From Pseudobdellovibrionaceae bacterium (GTDB lineage Bacteria > Bdellovibrionota > Bdellovibrionia > Bdellovibrionales > UBA1609), in the NCBI GenBank assembly GCA_043720065.1, contig JAYSTF010000074.1:2634-66633 (forward strand): a stretch of 64,000 nucleotides of DNA, read 5' to 3'. The position numbers and the translations under genes are program-made. Positions 9,330-18,933 of this stretch are shown piece by piece (positions within the stretch are counted from its first letter, which is position 1; every line of letters begins with the position of its first letter). The notes under the pieces were generated by a model that had not been told where the DNA came from, did no database searches, and worked only from the letters and a program-made list of their open reading frames with translations.

Positions 9330-10173
9330 AAAGATCAAGCTCGCTTTCGTCGCTTAAGCTCGAAATAAATTTGGCGATGATTTCACCAACCAGCGGGCCG
9401 TGCGTTCGCGACATCATATGCTCTGCACTTGCAATTGGGAAATGTTCACTCAAGGGTAAAATCATTTGATAGGAGCGGAAATCTTTTTCCGTGAAGAGTG
9501 GATCTTGGCTGCCCGTCACGATGAGCGAGGGAATAACGTGATCGCGGAGTTGATTAGACCAATAAGCCCAATCTTCATGCTGTGAGATCCACGCAAAGCG
9601 TTGAACAGCCTTGCTAATCAATGCGATCTTCTTTTCAGAGAGTCCGCGCAGACCCTTGCGGCCCTCGCCTCCGAAACCAAATACGCCGCCGAGCTCGTGT
9701 ATCAGATCACGACCCATTTTGGTTTTCAGAAAAAGAGGCAATGCTCCTGGAACCATGTTTAAGCCAAATAGCATGCGCAGCTGCGCACTCTTTAGCGCCG
9801 ACAACGGATCAAGCGGCATTGGATTGATCAGAATGTGTCCCGAGATATGACTCTGAAAATGCGCTCGCACTCCCCAGCTTAATGTAGCGCCATAGCTTGC
9901 GCCAACGAGGACAAATTCTTCACGCGCTCGATTAACTTGATTAATGAGGCCAGAGAGAACTTCGACCTGCTTGGAAAAAGCCAATGGGGCATTGGACGAG
10001 AAGAGTGGGGTAAGGTTTGGAATCACAAGCTGATGATGTTTAGCTAGCGTTGGAATTGCGTTATGCCAATCCAATGGACCGCCGCCAAAGCCATGAAGCA
10101 TAACGACCAGGGGGCCCTCGGCGCCATGAATAGCGCATTTAAACTCTAACTGGCCCACCCGAATACGATCCAC
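9307..10173 (-). CDS. Alpha/beta-fold hydrolase
   Basis: 288 aa. N-terminal VVMLHGFGGGPLDWHN (oxyanion-hole HG motif). Nucleophile-elbow-like VGASYGA. C-terminal acid/His region. Confidence 0.75.
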   Translation of the reverse strand: MDRIRVGQLEFKCAIHGAEGPLVVMLHGFGGGPLDWHNAIPTLAKHHQLVIPNLTPLFSSNAPLAFSKQVEVLSGLINQVNRAREEFVLVGASYGATLSWGVRAHFQSHISGHILINPMPLDPLSALKSAQLRMLFGLNMVPGALPLFLKTKMGRDLIHELGGVFGFGGEGRKGLRGLSEKKIALISKAVQRFAWISQHEDWAYWSNQLRDHVIPSLIVTGSQDPLFTEKDFRSYQMILPLSEHFPIASAEHMMSRTHGPLVGEIIAKFISSLSDESELDLSTLRHAI

Positions 10174-10282
10174 TTTTTGTGTTGTCCCCTGAACTTTAAG
10201 TATAGAGCCACCTTCATAGGTTTAACGAGCAGAATTAGGCGCCTTGAGTCAGACCGAGACGAGAGTCTGGCCCGACTTGCGA

Positions 10283-11119
10283 CTATTTGAGATCCTTAAG
10301 GCTTACGGTCTCTTCCATCTTCGGGTATTTCATATCGAGCTTCCTTAGCGCCTTAACCAAAACTTCTGAAACGAGGTAGTTGCGGTACCACTTGTGGTTC
10401 GCCGGAATCACATGCCAGGGCGCCCATTTGGTGCTCGTGTGATCCAACATTTTTTGGAAAACGTCCATATAGTCGTTCCAAAATTTCCGCTCCTTAATGT
10501 CGTTCACTGAGAATTTCCAATGTTTGGTCTTATCCTGAAGCCGATCTTTAAGACGATCGCGCTGCTCGTCTTTCGATATGTTCAAAAGAATTTTTACTAT
10601 GGTTGTTCCGGTTTCGCTGAGCATGCGTTCAAAATCATTGATCTGGCGATAGCGAGTCTTAAAGAGATTTGGATCTTTTCTAGTTTCATCGGGAAGATGC
10701 TGGAGCTCGAGCATTTCAGGATGAATTTTTACCGTCGTCACTTCTTCATAATAGGAGCGGTTGAAGATCACTGAGCGCCCGGCCTCCGCCACATGCCTAT
10801 GACAGCGCCAAAGAAAATCGTGTTTTAACTCTTCGTCCGAAGGTTTCTTAAAGGCACGAACTTCCATGCCCTGTGGATTTGCTCCTGAAAAAATGTGGTT
10901 TATCACACCATCTTTACCGCTAGCATCAATGCCATGAAGCACGACCAGCAGCGAGTGTTTGTTGTTGGCGAAAAGCAGGTAGAGAAGTTCGTAGAGTTCT
11001 TTGAGGAGTTTTTTGCTGACCTCTTCGCATTCTTCTTTGTCTTTAAAACCGATGGTTTCATCAGGGTCGAAGTTTTTTATTTTAAGTTTTTTCATCGGCA
11101 ATTCCCTTGTTGATTTCAT
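10283..11119 (-). CDS. ppk2: Polyphosphate kinase 2 family protein (polyphosphate:nucleotide phosphotransferase)
   Basis: 278 aa. PPK2 Walker A-like HGIDASGKDG, then FKKPSDEELKHDFLWRCHRHVAEAGRSVIFNRSYYEEV. An alternative start at ATG 11095 (MKKLKIKNF) is possible. Confidence 0.85.
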   Translation of the reverse strand: MKSTRELPMKKLKIKNFDPDETIGFKDKEECEEVSKKLLKELYELLYLLFANNKHSLLVVLHGIDASGKDGVINHIFSGANPQGMEVRAFKKPSDEELKHDFLWRCHRHVAEAGRSVIFNRSYYEEVTTVKIHPEMLELQHLPDETRKDPNLFKTRYRQINDFERMLSETGTTIVKILLNISKDEQRDRLKDRLQDKTKHWKFSVNDIKERKFWNDYMDVFQKMLDHTSTKWAPWHVIPANHKWYRNYLVSEVLVKALRKLDMKYPKMEETVSLKDLK

Positions 11120-11155
11120 TCTTGTTCTTCTATGGGCCTGCGGCCGCTGAATCGC

Positions 11156-11890
11156 TTAGTCTTCTGATTTCTCTGCCAGTGCGGTTAACTTGGCACCCGT
11201 CACTCGTTGAACTGTCCACTCTGGCATCGACTCGGCACCGAGCATTTTGTAGAAGTCCAGCGCCGGCTTGTTCCAATTTAAGACCCACCACTCCAAGCGA
11301 CCACAGCCACGTTCTACGCTAAGTTTAGCCAAAAAGCTCAACAAGCGTTTGCCATAACCTTTTCCTCTTTTTTTAGGGATAACAAAAAGATCCTCAAGGT
11401 AAACACCTGGCTTTGCGAGGAACGTCGAATAATTGTGGAAGAACAGGGCAAATGCAGCCTTGGTGCCGTCACTTTCTTCAAGAAAGATCACTTCCGCTGC
11501 GGGCTTCGGACCAAAGAGCGTATTTTTAAGTTTTTGTTCGGTCGCTGTGACTTCCTGTTCAAGTTTTTCGTATTTCGCCAGGGCGCGGATGAATTTAAGG
11601 ATGTCCGCGCAGTCGGAGGGTTTTGCGAATTTGATTTTGGCGCTCTTGGTGGTGGTTGCACTAGGCTTCGGTGATTTGACTCGAAAATTGTCTTTTGCAG
11701 CAGGTTTTGAGGCGGCGGCTGCACCTGGCTTACGTAATTTGACGGGCTTACGTAACCTAAAGCGACCACTGTCTTTCGCCGAAGATTCTGAGGTGGCGGA
11801 AGTATTCGCAACTGCCGATCGCTTTACTTTTTTATCTGTAGCGCCTTGTTTTGGTCGCCTGTTTTTATTCGAGCTCGGTCGCCGCTTCAT
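11156..11890 (-). CDS. GNAT N-acetyltransferase (diamine/spermidine acetyltransferase-like) with a ~90-aa Lys/Arg/Pro-rich N-terminal extension
   Basis: 244 aa. The C-terminal ~155 aa form the GNAT fold: acetyl-CoA loop IPKKRGKGYGKRLL, and WWVLNWNKPALDFYKMLGA typical of SSAT-like enzymes. The N-terminus MKRRPSSNKNRRPKQGATDKKVKR...RLRKPVKLRKPG...KSPKPSATTTKSAK is low-complexity and basic. I found no ATG/GTG/TTG near the GNAT domain boundary, so the extension appears to be translated. Confidence 0.75.
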   Translation of the reverse strand: MKRRPSSNKNRRPKQGATDKKVKRSAVANTSATSESSAKDSGRFRLRKPVKLRKPGAAAASKPAAKDNFRVKSPKPSATTTKSAKIKFAKPSDCADILKFIRALAKYEKLEQEVTATEQKLKNTLFGPKPAAEVIFLEESDGTKAAFALFFHNYSTFLAKPGVYLEDLFVIPKKRGKGYGKRLLSFLAKLSVERGCGRLEWWVLNWNKPALDFYKMLGAESMPEWTVQRVTGAKLTALAEKSED

Positions 11891-12481
11891 CTATGCCGTG
11901 CTCCAAAATCCTTTGCGCCGAAATTCCTTCTCTACAATGAAAAGTCTCGCGCGCTCTCTGGAGTACCCTTGCCCCTCCCACTGATTGATTTCAATGTAAT
12001 CTTTGAGTGTAAGAAAAGCTTTTAGGCCTTCAACGATCCGTGTGTACGGCCGGTAATCCCAAAACTTGGCCTTCGCCTTTTGCCAGCGGCTCGCACCAGT
12101 CACAGCCATCGCAATAGCGGCCGTTATAGCCCTCACAAATGGTTTATACGTCTGCCGTTTACTTAGTTTGAGATGAAGATGCAGGTGGTTGCCCACATTG
12201 GCGAGCGAAAGAACCTTCACACCATATTTAGCGGCAAATTTATTGATAATTCCCGTGATTTTCGCCGCGTGCTTGGGTTTTCGAAACGACCAGTCGCCGA
12301 CGGCTTTTGTAGATCTAAGAACCATATGCATAGTCGATTTGGTTGCAAGCGGGCGGCGCCCTTGGCGACCACGGCGAGTGGTCATCAGCGACCCACCGAA
12401 TGCACTCGGTTGGCGCTTCAAAAGCTCTAGTTGCTGCTTTATTTTTTTCAACATGTGTACGAAGGTATAAAACGCAGACAT
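11891..12481 (-). CDS. HUH/Y1 transposase-like protein (IS200/RAYT-like, Y1_Tnp superfamily), apparently solitary
   Basis: 196 aa. First strand TMHMVLRS, HUH motif NHLHLHLKL, FWDYRPYTRIV, and a Tyr motif DYIEINQ. The stop TAG (11893..11891) is immediately followed by the ATG (11890) of the GNAT gene. Confidence 0.6.
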   Translation of the reverse strand: MSAFYTFVHMLKKIKQQLELLKRQPSAFGGSLMTTRRGRQGRRPLATKSTMHMVLRSTKAVGDWSFRKPKHAAKITGIINKFAAKYGVKVLSLANVGNHLHLHLKLSKRQTYKPFVRAITAAIAMAVTGASRWQKAKAKFWDYRPYTRIVEGLKAFLTLKDYIEINQWEGQGYSRERARLFIVEKEFRRKGFWSTA

Positions 12482-12781
12482 TTCAAAGTCAAACCCGGAT
12501 TCACGGTGTTACTGTAACTAGCTCAACTTTGCCCGTTCTTAATTCTTGCAGTCTCGCTGGCCGTAATAGAAATGGGCCAATCGTGATAGTGCGTCGGCTG
12601 TCCATCCATGAGAGGCACTTCTCCCGGCCTTCCGGGCCGGGCGACCACCGTTCTTCGAGCAAATTTCAATTCATGCTGGGAGGACGGCTCACGGATGTGT
12701 CTGAGACGAATGGATCGTCCCGGGGGACCTTGAGGGGAATTGCAGAATCAATTGCTTAGCACCGTTGGAGCAGCAGCAATT

Positions 12782-13300
12782 TTACCGGCGACGGCCGCGC
12801 CCGCGACCACCGCGTGAGCGGCCTTGGCCGCCGCCGCCGCCGCCCTGGCCTTCGGGGCGGCGTTCGGGTTGTTTTGCGGCGTCGACTTCGGCTTGTTTGA
12901 TTAGGGCGTCGTCTTGCTCGATTAAAACGCCGCCGACGGAGTTGTAGTCTTCGGGGCGCTCTTTGTTGGCGCGGGCCAGGAATTTTTTGGGCACGCTGCC
13001 GTCTTTGGCCATTTCAATTTGCTCTGCCAAATCCACAATGATGTCGCCGTAACAGCGCAGCTGACACGACAAGCGCCGCTGATCGATAAAGTATCCGGTG
13101 CCAATGAGATTTAGTTCTTTACGCGACGGTGGTGCGACATTGTACTCGCCGTCCGTCACGCGTACGCGGCACTCAGCGCAAGAGGGCATGCCGTTACAAA
13201 CGGATCTAATTTCAATTTTATTCTCATGAGCGAGATTCATCACTGATTGATCTGGGCGAATCTCTAGCTCAATGTTTTGGGGCAAGAATTTTACTTTCAT
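12782..13300 (-). CDS. 2Fe-2S ferredoxin-like protein with a C-terminal Gly/Arg (RGG) tail
   Basis: 172 aa. Cys pattern C-x5-C-x2-C...C ([14 protein letters not shown] ... LSCQLRC). The tail is [29 protein letters not shown]. The ATG overlaps the tyrS stop (ATGA at 13300..13297). Confidence 0.75.
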   Translation of the reverse strand: MKVKFLPQNIELEIRPDQSVMNLAHENKIEIRSVCNGMPSCAECRVRVTDGEYNVAPPSRKELNLIGTGYFIDQRRLSCQLRCYGDIIVDLAEQIEMAKDGSVPKKFLARANKERPEDYNSVGGVLIEQDDALIKQAEVDAAKQPERRPEGQGGGGGGQGRSRGGRGRGRRR

Positions 13301-14520
13301 TGCACAATCACCTTGGCAAAACGTTTTTTTCCCGCTCGCAAAGTCAGTTCATCGCCCTTTTTCAAATTTAATTTCAATTGTGGGTCCTTCACTTTTTCAC
13401 CGTTGATTTCAACAGCCATGCCCTCGATCAAACGCTTTCCCTCGCCGTTTGATTTTACTAAATCCGCTTTAACAAGCAGCTGGCAAATGCCGACTCCGTC
13501 GGCTGAATCAAAAACGACTTCAGGCATATCATTCGGCACACCTTTATCGACGAAGATCCGATTAAATTCTGCTTCCGCTTCCTCGGCCGCAGCCTTGGAA
13601 TGAAAGCGCTCAACTAAAATTTTGGCCAGTCCTACTTTTAAATCACGCGGATGCTTGGCGCCTGACTTCATTTCCGTTTTTAATGCCGCGACTTGATCGA
13701 CCGTCATGTCGGTTAGTAACTCGTAATAACGGAACATTAATTCATCCGAAACGCGCATGGTTTTGCCAAACATTTCGCGCGGGATATCTTCAACGGCGAT
13801 GTAATTGTCATAGCTCTTCGACATTTTTTGAACGCCGTCATAGCCCTCAAGCAAGGGCACGGTCATAACCACTTGCTGAGGCTGGCCGTAAGCTTTTTGC
13901 AATTCACGCCCTACCAACAAATTAAAATGCTGATCAGTTCCACCTAACTCCACATCACTTTTCAAAGCGACAGAGTCATAACCCTGCACTAGCGGATACA
14001 AAAATTCGTGAATCGAAATGGGCAAATGCCCTTTAAAACGTTTTTGAAAGTCTTCCCGCTCAAGCATGCGCGCAACTGTGTACTGCCCTAGCAGCTTTAA
14101 AAAATCCGGCGGCGTAAACTTATTCATCCATTGAGAATTATAAGCCACTTCCGTCTTTTTAGGATCCAACACCTTGTTCACTTGGCGAGCATAAGTTTCA
14201 GCATTGGACTTTACTTCCGCTTCAGTCAACGCTGGCCTGGTTTCGTTGCGCCCCGATGGATCACCAATCATTCCCGTGAAGTCGCCAATCAAGAATATAC
14301 AGTGGTGCCCAAATTGTTGGAACTGGCGCATTTTATTAAGCAAAACAGTGTGCCCAACGTGGAGGTCAGGGCGAGAAGGATCAAAACCCGCTTTAATTCT
14401 TAAAGGCTTATTTTCTTTATGCGACTTCGTTAGCTTTGCGAGCAGCTCTGCCTCTGAGGCGAGCTCCACAATCCCTTTCTTCAACTGCTTTAACTGCTCC
14501 TCTGGAGCCGGATAAGCCAT
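13297..14520 (-). CDS. tyrS: Tyrosine--tRNA ligase
   Basis: 407 aa. HIGH-type motif [13 protein letters not shown] motif present ([10 protein letters not shown]), and a C-terminal S4-like domain. Confidence 0.95.
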   Translation of the reverse strand: MAYPAPEEQLKQLKKGIVELASEAELLAKLTKSHKENKPLRIKAGFDPSRPDLHVGHTVLLNKMRQFQQFGHHCIFLIGDFTGMIGDPSGRNETRPALTEAEVKSNAETYARQVNKVLDPKKTEVAYNSQWMNKFTPPDFLKLLGQYTVARMLEREDFQKRFKGHLPISIHEFLYPLVQGYDSVALKSDVELGGTDQHFNLLVGRELQKAYGQPQQVVMTVPLLEGYDGVQKMSKSYDNYIAVEDIPREMFGKTMRVSDELMFRYYELLTDMTVDQVAALKTEMKSGAKHPRDLKVGLAKILVERFHSKAAAEEAEAEFNRIFVDKGVPNDMPEVVFDSADGVGICQLLVKADLVKSNGEGKRLIEGMAVEINGEKVKDPQLKLNLKKGDELTLRAGKKRFAKVIVQ

Positions 14521-14526
14521 CCCGCC

Positions 14527-16110
14527 TTACCTCGCGTGCTCAACGATGCGAGTTTCGCGGACCACGTTCACGCGCACTTGTCCTGGATAATTAAGTTCAC
14601 GCTCGATCTTGCGGGCAATATCACGCGACAACATGATCGCCTGCTCATCAGTGACTTTGCCACTATCGACGAGGACGCGAATTTCTTTACCAGCTTGAAT
14701 CGCGTAACTTCGCGCCACGCCATCAAAACTGTTCGCCACCGACTCTAGATCAGCAAGCCTTCGCACATAGGTTTCCAAATTCTGGCGACGGGCCCCCGGA
14801 CGAGACTTCGTTAAATTATACGAAGCTTGAACCAAATGAGCGATGACTCCTTGGCAAGGCACTTCGCCTGTGTGAGCGCGAATGGCTTGAACTATATCGT
14901 CACGCTCTCCGTGTTTGCGAGCGAACTCCGCTCCGACTTGCGCCGAACTTCCCTCGTAAGAGTGATCTAGTGCTCGGCCGAGGCCATGGAGTAAACCTGC
15001 GCGACGCGCGGCTTTGTCATCCGCACCAATCTCCGAGGCCATCAGCCCTGAAATATGCGCGACCTCAACACTTGCGGCTAAAAGATTCTGACCATCAATT
15101 TGGCGGTACTTTAAACCTCCGAGCAAATTAATAATGGCCGGCTGAAGTCCGTGAACTCCTAAGTCAAATGCCGATTTCTCGCCATCTTCTTTCATTTTAG
15201 AAGTAAGTTCCGTCTTTACTTTATCAACGACCTCTTCAATACGTGCTGGGTGCACTCGACCGTCGTCCATTAATCGCTCTAGAGACATTCTTGCGATTTC
15301 CCGGCGAACCGGATCGAAACTTGAAATGATCACGGTCTCTGGGGTTTCATCGATAATCAAGTCTACGCCGCAAGCGGCTTCTAAGGCCCGGATGTTTCGG
15401 CCTTCACGACCAATGATCTTGCCCTTCATCTCATCGCCTGAGAGAGGAATCGTCGATACGGTTCGCTCGGTCGTGACCTCCGCCGCATAACGGGAAATCG
15501 CGATGGAGAGCGCTCGTTTTCCCCGACGATCGGCTTCGGCGAGAGTCTCTTCCTCAATTTTTTGCAACTTCACTGCAGCTTCTTTGCGCGCTTCATCTGT
15601 TAATGCATTGATGAGTTCACTCTTCGCCTGGTCCGTTGTCATGTTCGCGACGCTTTGAAGTTTTTGTTCAAGATCTTCGATCTCTTGCTTCGCCTTTTCT
15701 TCCATCTCTTTCAGACGGGTTTCAGAAATATTTAACCGCTGAGTTTGATCTTCTAACTCACGCATCTTGTTCGTCAGCTGGTCTTCTTTGCGCTTTTGGT
15801 CTTTGTCCATGCGCTGCTCTTTGTCTTTCAGCATGCCTTCAGTGCTCTGAATCTTTTGCTTTTCTTTGCGGATGTCAGTTTCCAAATTCTTACGGGCGCG
15901 CATCTCAAAATCCTTGGCGCGGTTTTCCGCGTCGCGCTCGATCTTCGTCACTTGGCCCTTAGATCTGGCCAAAATCTTTTCCGCTTCGCGCTCAGCAGCA
16001 TTGCGTGTTTTTTCATCCAACATTCGGCGATAGAGAATCATGCTTAAGACGCCGATACCGGCTCCGGCGATAAGACTCATAAATGCGGTGAGCATCATAT
16101 TTGAAGACAT
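14527..16110 (-). CDS. rny: Ribonuclease Y
   Basis: 527 aa. N-terminal TM helix, long coiled coil, KH domain (GKIIGREGRNIRALE) and HD domain (LLHGLGRALDH). Confidence 0.95.
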   Translation of the reverse strand: MSSNMMLTAFMSLIAGAGIGVLSMILYRRMLDEKTRNAAEREAEKILARSKGQVTKIERDAENRAKDFEMRARKNLETDIRKEKQKIQSTEGMLKDKEQRMDKDQKRKEDQLTNKMRELEDQTQRLNISETRLKEMEEKAKQEIEDLEQKLQSVANMTTDQAKSELINALTDEARKEAAVKLQKIEEETLAEADRRGKRALSIAISRYAAEVTTERTVSTIPLSGDEMKGKIIGREGRNIRALEAACGVDLIIDETPETVIISSFDPVRREIARMSLERLMDDGRVHPARIEEVVDKVKTELTSKMKEDGEKSAFDLGVHGLQPAIINLLGGLKYRQIDGQNLLAASVEVAHISGLMASEIGADDKAARRAGLLHGLGRALDHSYEGSSAQVGAEFARKHGERDDIVQAIRAHTGEVPCQGVIAHLVQASYNLTKSRPGARRQNLETYVRRLADLESVANSFDGVARSYAIQAGKEIRVLVDSGKVTDEQAIMLSRDIARKIERELNYPGQVRVNVVRETRIVEHAR

Positions 16111-16113
16111 GGG

Positions 16114-16698
16114 TTACCCTTTCACTCTCAGCAAAAATTTTTCTGTCACGATCACGTCCATTGGAACGTCGTGACTTTCGCGAACGAGGTCCTCGTTCAC
16201 CACCTGGCTTGAGTAGGTGACACCCACTTTTAAGCCAGTGAATCCTTTAAGACTACGGTCAAAAAAACCAAGGCCACGGCCAAGCCGCGTACCCCGGCGG
16301 TCAAAACCAATTCCGGGAACCAAGATCACCGCACATTGCGAAAGCGATATCTCTTTGCTTTGAGCGGGGTCGGGTTCTAAAATTCCGTAACTCCCCGGGC
16401 GCAACGCCTCAGGGGTCTTCGGCATATAAAATTTCAAAGCGGCATCTTCGATGCGCGGATAAACCCACTGCCACTGGGGATCATGCTTGCTTAAATTTTC
16501 TTGAACTTGGGGCTCGTCAGGCTTTGGCAAATAAGATGCAACAATCCCCCCTTGAGGGGGCAAAACGTCACGCACAAAAGTTTGAATGGATCTGTCCCAC
16601 TCATTCTTTAGGCCGCTCGTCAGAGATTTGGCCAAATAGGATTTCAATTTCGCCCGCCACTCACTCTTAGTGAGGCCGCGCGATTCGATCGCGTTCAT
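16114..16698 (-). CDS. 5-formyltetrahydrofolate cyclo-ligase
   Basis: 194 aa. ILVPGIGFDRRGTRLGRGLGFFDR is the family signature. It lies 3 nt upstream of rny. Confidence 0.85.
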   Translation of the reverse strand: MNAIESRGLTKSEWRAKLKSYLAKSLTSGLKNEWDRSIQTFVRDVLPPQGGIVASYLPKPDEPQVQENLSKHDPQWQWVYPRIEDAALKFYMPKTPEALRPGSYGILEPDPAQSKEISLSQCAVILVPGIGFDRRGTRLGRGLGFFDRSLKGFTGLKVGVTYSSQVVNEDLVRESHDVPMDVIVTEKFLLRVKG

Positions 16699-16779
16699 GG
16701 ATCAAGGTCTCCTTTATACAAACGCTCTGGATTTTGGTTGGTCGGCGGCGCTTATCTAAATAAGGCCCGCAAAGATAAG

Positions 16780-17109
16780 TTAATTATCCAACCGGATCCG
16801 AGCTATGGGAGATGACTCTAGCTCTGAGATAATCCGTTTGGCCTTGATTTCGAGATCGTCGAGTTCGGAAGTGGTCGTGCGCTTGAGTAAGACTAAATCT
16901 TCGGCGATATGTAACGCCGTCAGCAGGAGAGCTTTTTGAAAAGATATGTTGGGGTTTTGTTCCAACGCTATTTGCACGCGTTCATTCACTAATTCGATCA
17001 ATTCGTTGACGGTCTTGGCATCGTGGGAAGAACGAAGCTTTAACGGTAATCCAGCGATCTGGACTTCATACGTTTGCTTGCTCGCGTCCACTAATGCCCT
17101 CCACTTCAA
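16780..17109 (-). CDS. zapA: Cell division protein ZapA
   Basis: 109 aa. YEVQIAGLPLKLRSSHDAKTVNELIELVNERV ... LLLTALHIAEDL matches the ZapA pattern. The conserved zapA / 5-FTHF cyclo-ligase neighbourhood is also present. Confidence 0.8.
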   Translation of the reverse strand: MKWRALVDASKQTYEVQIAGLPLKLRSSHDAKTVNELIELVNERVQIALEQNPNISFQKALLLTALHIAEDLVLLKRTTTSELDDLEIKAKRIISELESSPIARIRLDN

Positions 17110-17224
17110 TAGGTTTTAAAAGGCCAAATACCTTCTTAGAGTCATTTCCTATCTTCTATTCTTATTTTATGTGGCATGGGTGGTCAAACCGCCTGGCGCC
17201 TGGGACGGAGCATCAACTCTAGAA

Positions 17225-18862
17225 TTACTCTCGGCCAGAGACTCGCTCGAGGTCGTCGCCTGCTTTAACGAGTGAGTAAACGTGACTAGAAAGTAAGCCA
17301 ACTATGCGTCGGTACTCGCCTAGAACGTCCATATGGATGGAGGAGGTGTGAATGCTCTCAGGTCGGGCTTTCACGAGGCGTGAAATATGGCTTTCTCTAA
17401 AGCGCTTCTCGAGCTGGCGAATATTGCGCTTATGGGTAAGCACTTGGCGTGCAAGTTCGTGGTCTTGGCGCTGAAAACAGCTCAACGAAAGGCTAGCAAC
17501 CTGCATCGCAGAGGCGTGAATCTCTGTGAGCTCACTCCAACCCTCCGTACTAAAATCAACTTTGAGGGAGTGCTTCTTGCTCGCAAGGTCGAGGAGCATG
17601 TTGTCGATCACGTCCGCAGCACTTTCCATATCGGCTGAGAATGTCATGACTCGAATCATACCTAGTTGAACGGGCGCGGGAGCTTCCTCAAGATTTCTTG
17701 CCAGATAAAGATTTATTTCGCGATTAAGCAGGTCCACCCGATCGTCACGGCGGCGAATGCTTTCCACGAGATCAGGATCTTCTTTACGGAAAAGTCGGAG
17801 AGAATCTTCCACCATCGACATTACAATATCGGCCATGCGCATAAGTTCACGCTCAGCGTGGGCGAGAGCAACGGACGGAGATTCCCAGTCGCCTTTTTTT
17901 AAATACTTCACGGTGTATTCTTTTTCGGCGTCGGTTGGTGGGAAAAGCAATTCAACAAGTTTCGCGCCCTTTGTAATGAGCGGGTAAAAAACAACGGCCG
18001 CCACCAAATTATAAACCGTGTGCACGTTGGCGATGTCCCGCTCAACCACATTACTGGCAAGCAGTCCCGCCAGTTGTTCAGCGAAAGGCAGGAATAGTAA
18101 CACGGAAGTCACTTTGTAAAAGCAGTGCGCCCACGCCACTTGGCGACCCACGTAATTGCCACCAATGGAAGCGATAAGCGCTGTCGCTGTGGTACCAACG
18201 TTGGCGCCAAAAACCCAATAGACTGAATCCTCAAGCGTGATGATTCCAGATCCAGCAAGCGACATCGCAAAACCGATTGTGACCGCACTTGAATGAATAA
18301 GTGCCGTAAAAAATGAAGTGAGTATCACTGCATAAATCGGATTTTCTTTCATCGCGACGATCAAACTATTAAACACTTCGACGTGACGAAGTTCGCTTGT
18401 GCCAATTGCGATCAGCTCCATCCCCCAGAAAATAAGTCCGAAGCCCATTCCCACAGCCATCGTTGTGGTCACAGTTCGTTTTTTCGCCATGAAGTAAATA
18501 AAATAACTACATACAAAAATCGGCAAACCAAATTGCGCGACATTAAAGCTAATCACCTGAACCGTAAACGTGCTGCCGATGGCGGTGCCAAGAATCACAC
18601 TCATAACTTGAGCGAGTCCAATCACACGCGCCGATCCAAGGCCGACGAGCATCGACGTCACCGCACCCGAACTTTGCAAAATAATCGTAAGAATGACTCC
18701 GAGGAACACGCCCCAAATCGGACGTTTTGCTAAAGTCGTGATGATGTCCCGAATGCGATTTGCCGCGAGCTTCTGAAGATTCTCAGAAGCGAGCTGCATG
18801 CCATACATAAAAATAGCAATGCCACAAAGGGTGATAAGCAGTGTTGAGTGCGTGCCGAGCAT
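17225..18862 (-). CDS. Na/Pi cotransporter family protein with C-terminal PhoU-like domains
   Basis: 545 aa. It has a multi-TM N-terminal half with the duplicated Na/Pi-cotransporter repeat (QSSGAVTSML / HSSAVTIGFA) and a helical PhoU-like C-terminal half. Confidence 0.85.
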   Translation of the reverse strand: MLGTHSTLLITLCGIAIFMYGMQLASENLQKLAANRIRDIITTLAKRPIWGVFLGVILTIILQSSGAVTSMLVGLGSARVIGLAQVMSVILGTAIGSTFTVQVISFNVAQFGLPIFVCSYFIYFMAKKRTVTTTMAVGMGFGLIFWGMELIAIGTSELRHVEVFNSLIVAMKENPIYAVILTSFFTALIHSSAVTIGFAMSLAGSGIITLEDSVYWVFGANVGTTATALIASIGGNYVGRQVAWAHCFYKVTSVLLFLPFAEQLAGLLASNVVERDIANVHTVYNLVAAVVFYPLITKGAKLVELLFPPTDAEKEYTVKYLKKGDWESPSVALAHAERELMRMADIVMSMVEDSLRLFRKEDPDLVESIRRRDDRVDLLNREINLYLARNLEEAPAPVQLGMIRVMTFSADMESAADVIDNMLLDLASKKHSLKVDFSTEGWSELTEIHASAMQVASLSLSCFQRQDHELARQVLTHKRNIRQLEKRFRESHISRLVKARPESIHTSSIHMDVLGEYRRIVGLLSSHVYSLVKAGDDLERVSGRE

Positions 18863-18933
18863 AATATGATAATTTATCGGCGCGGATGCGGTTTAGCCGT
18901 AACCCTCGCCAAAGAAGCTGGACGTTCGTCGCG

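Noticed and set aside
11433-11984. 183-aa plus-strand ORF, together with neighbouring ORFs 11435..11674 and 11488..11811.
   Set aside because: These lie in antisense or alternative frames over the low-complexity basic tail of the GNAT gene. They have a repeat-driven open frame and no motifs.
12600-12650. SRP (4.5S) RNA-like hairpin containing CCGGAAGG.
   Set aside because: It is a simple 7-bp stem with a 5-nt loop. It lacks the conserved helix-8 internal loops (GGAAGCAGCC / AGGUC) that define SRP RNA.
12765-12947. Proline-rich plus-strand ORF ([20 protein letters not shown]).
   Set aside because: It is the antisense reading of the GGC/CGN-rich RGG tail of the ferredoxin gene.
16699-16779. 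Possible 6S RNA (ssrS), because many proteobacteria have the order zapA - ssrS - 5-FTHF cyclo-ligase.
   Set aside because: The gap is only 81 nt, and the gap upstream of zapA is 115 nt. Both are too short for a 6S RNA of about 180 nt. The gap shows only a 7-bp hairpin (cttatct/agataag) and the RBS of the next gene.
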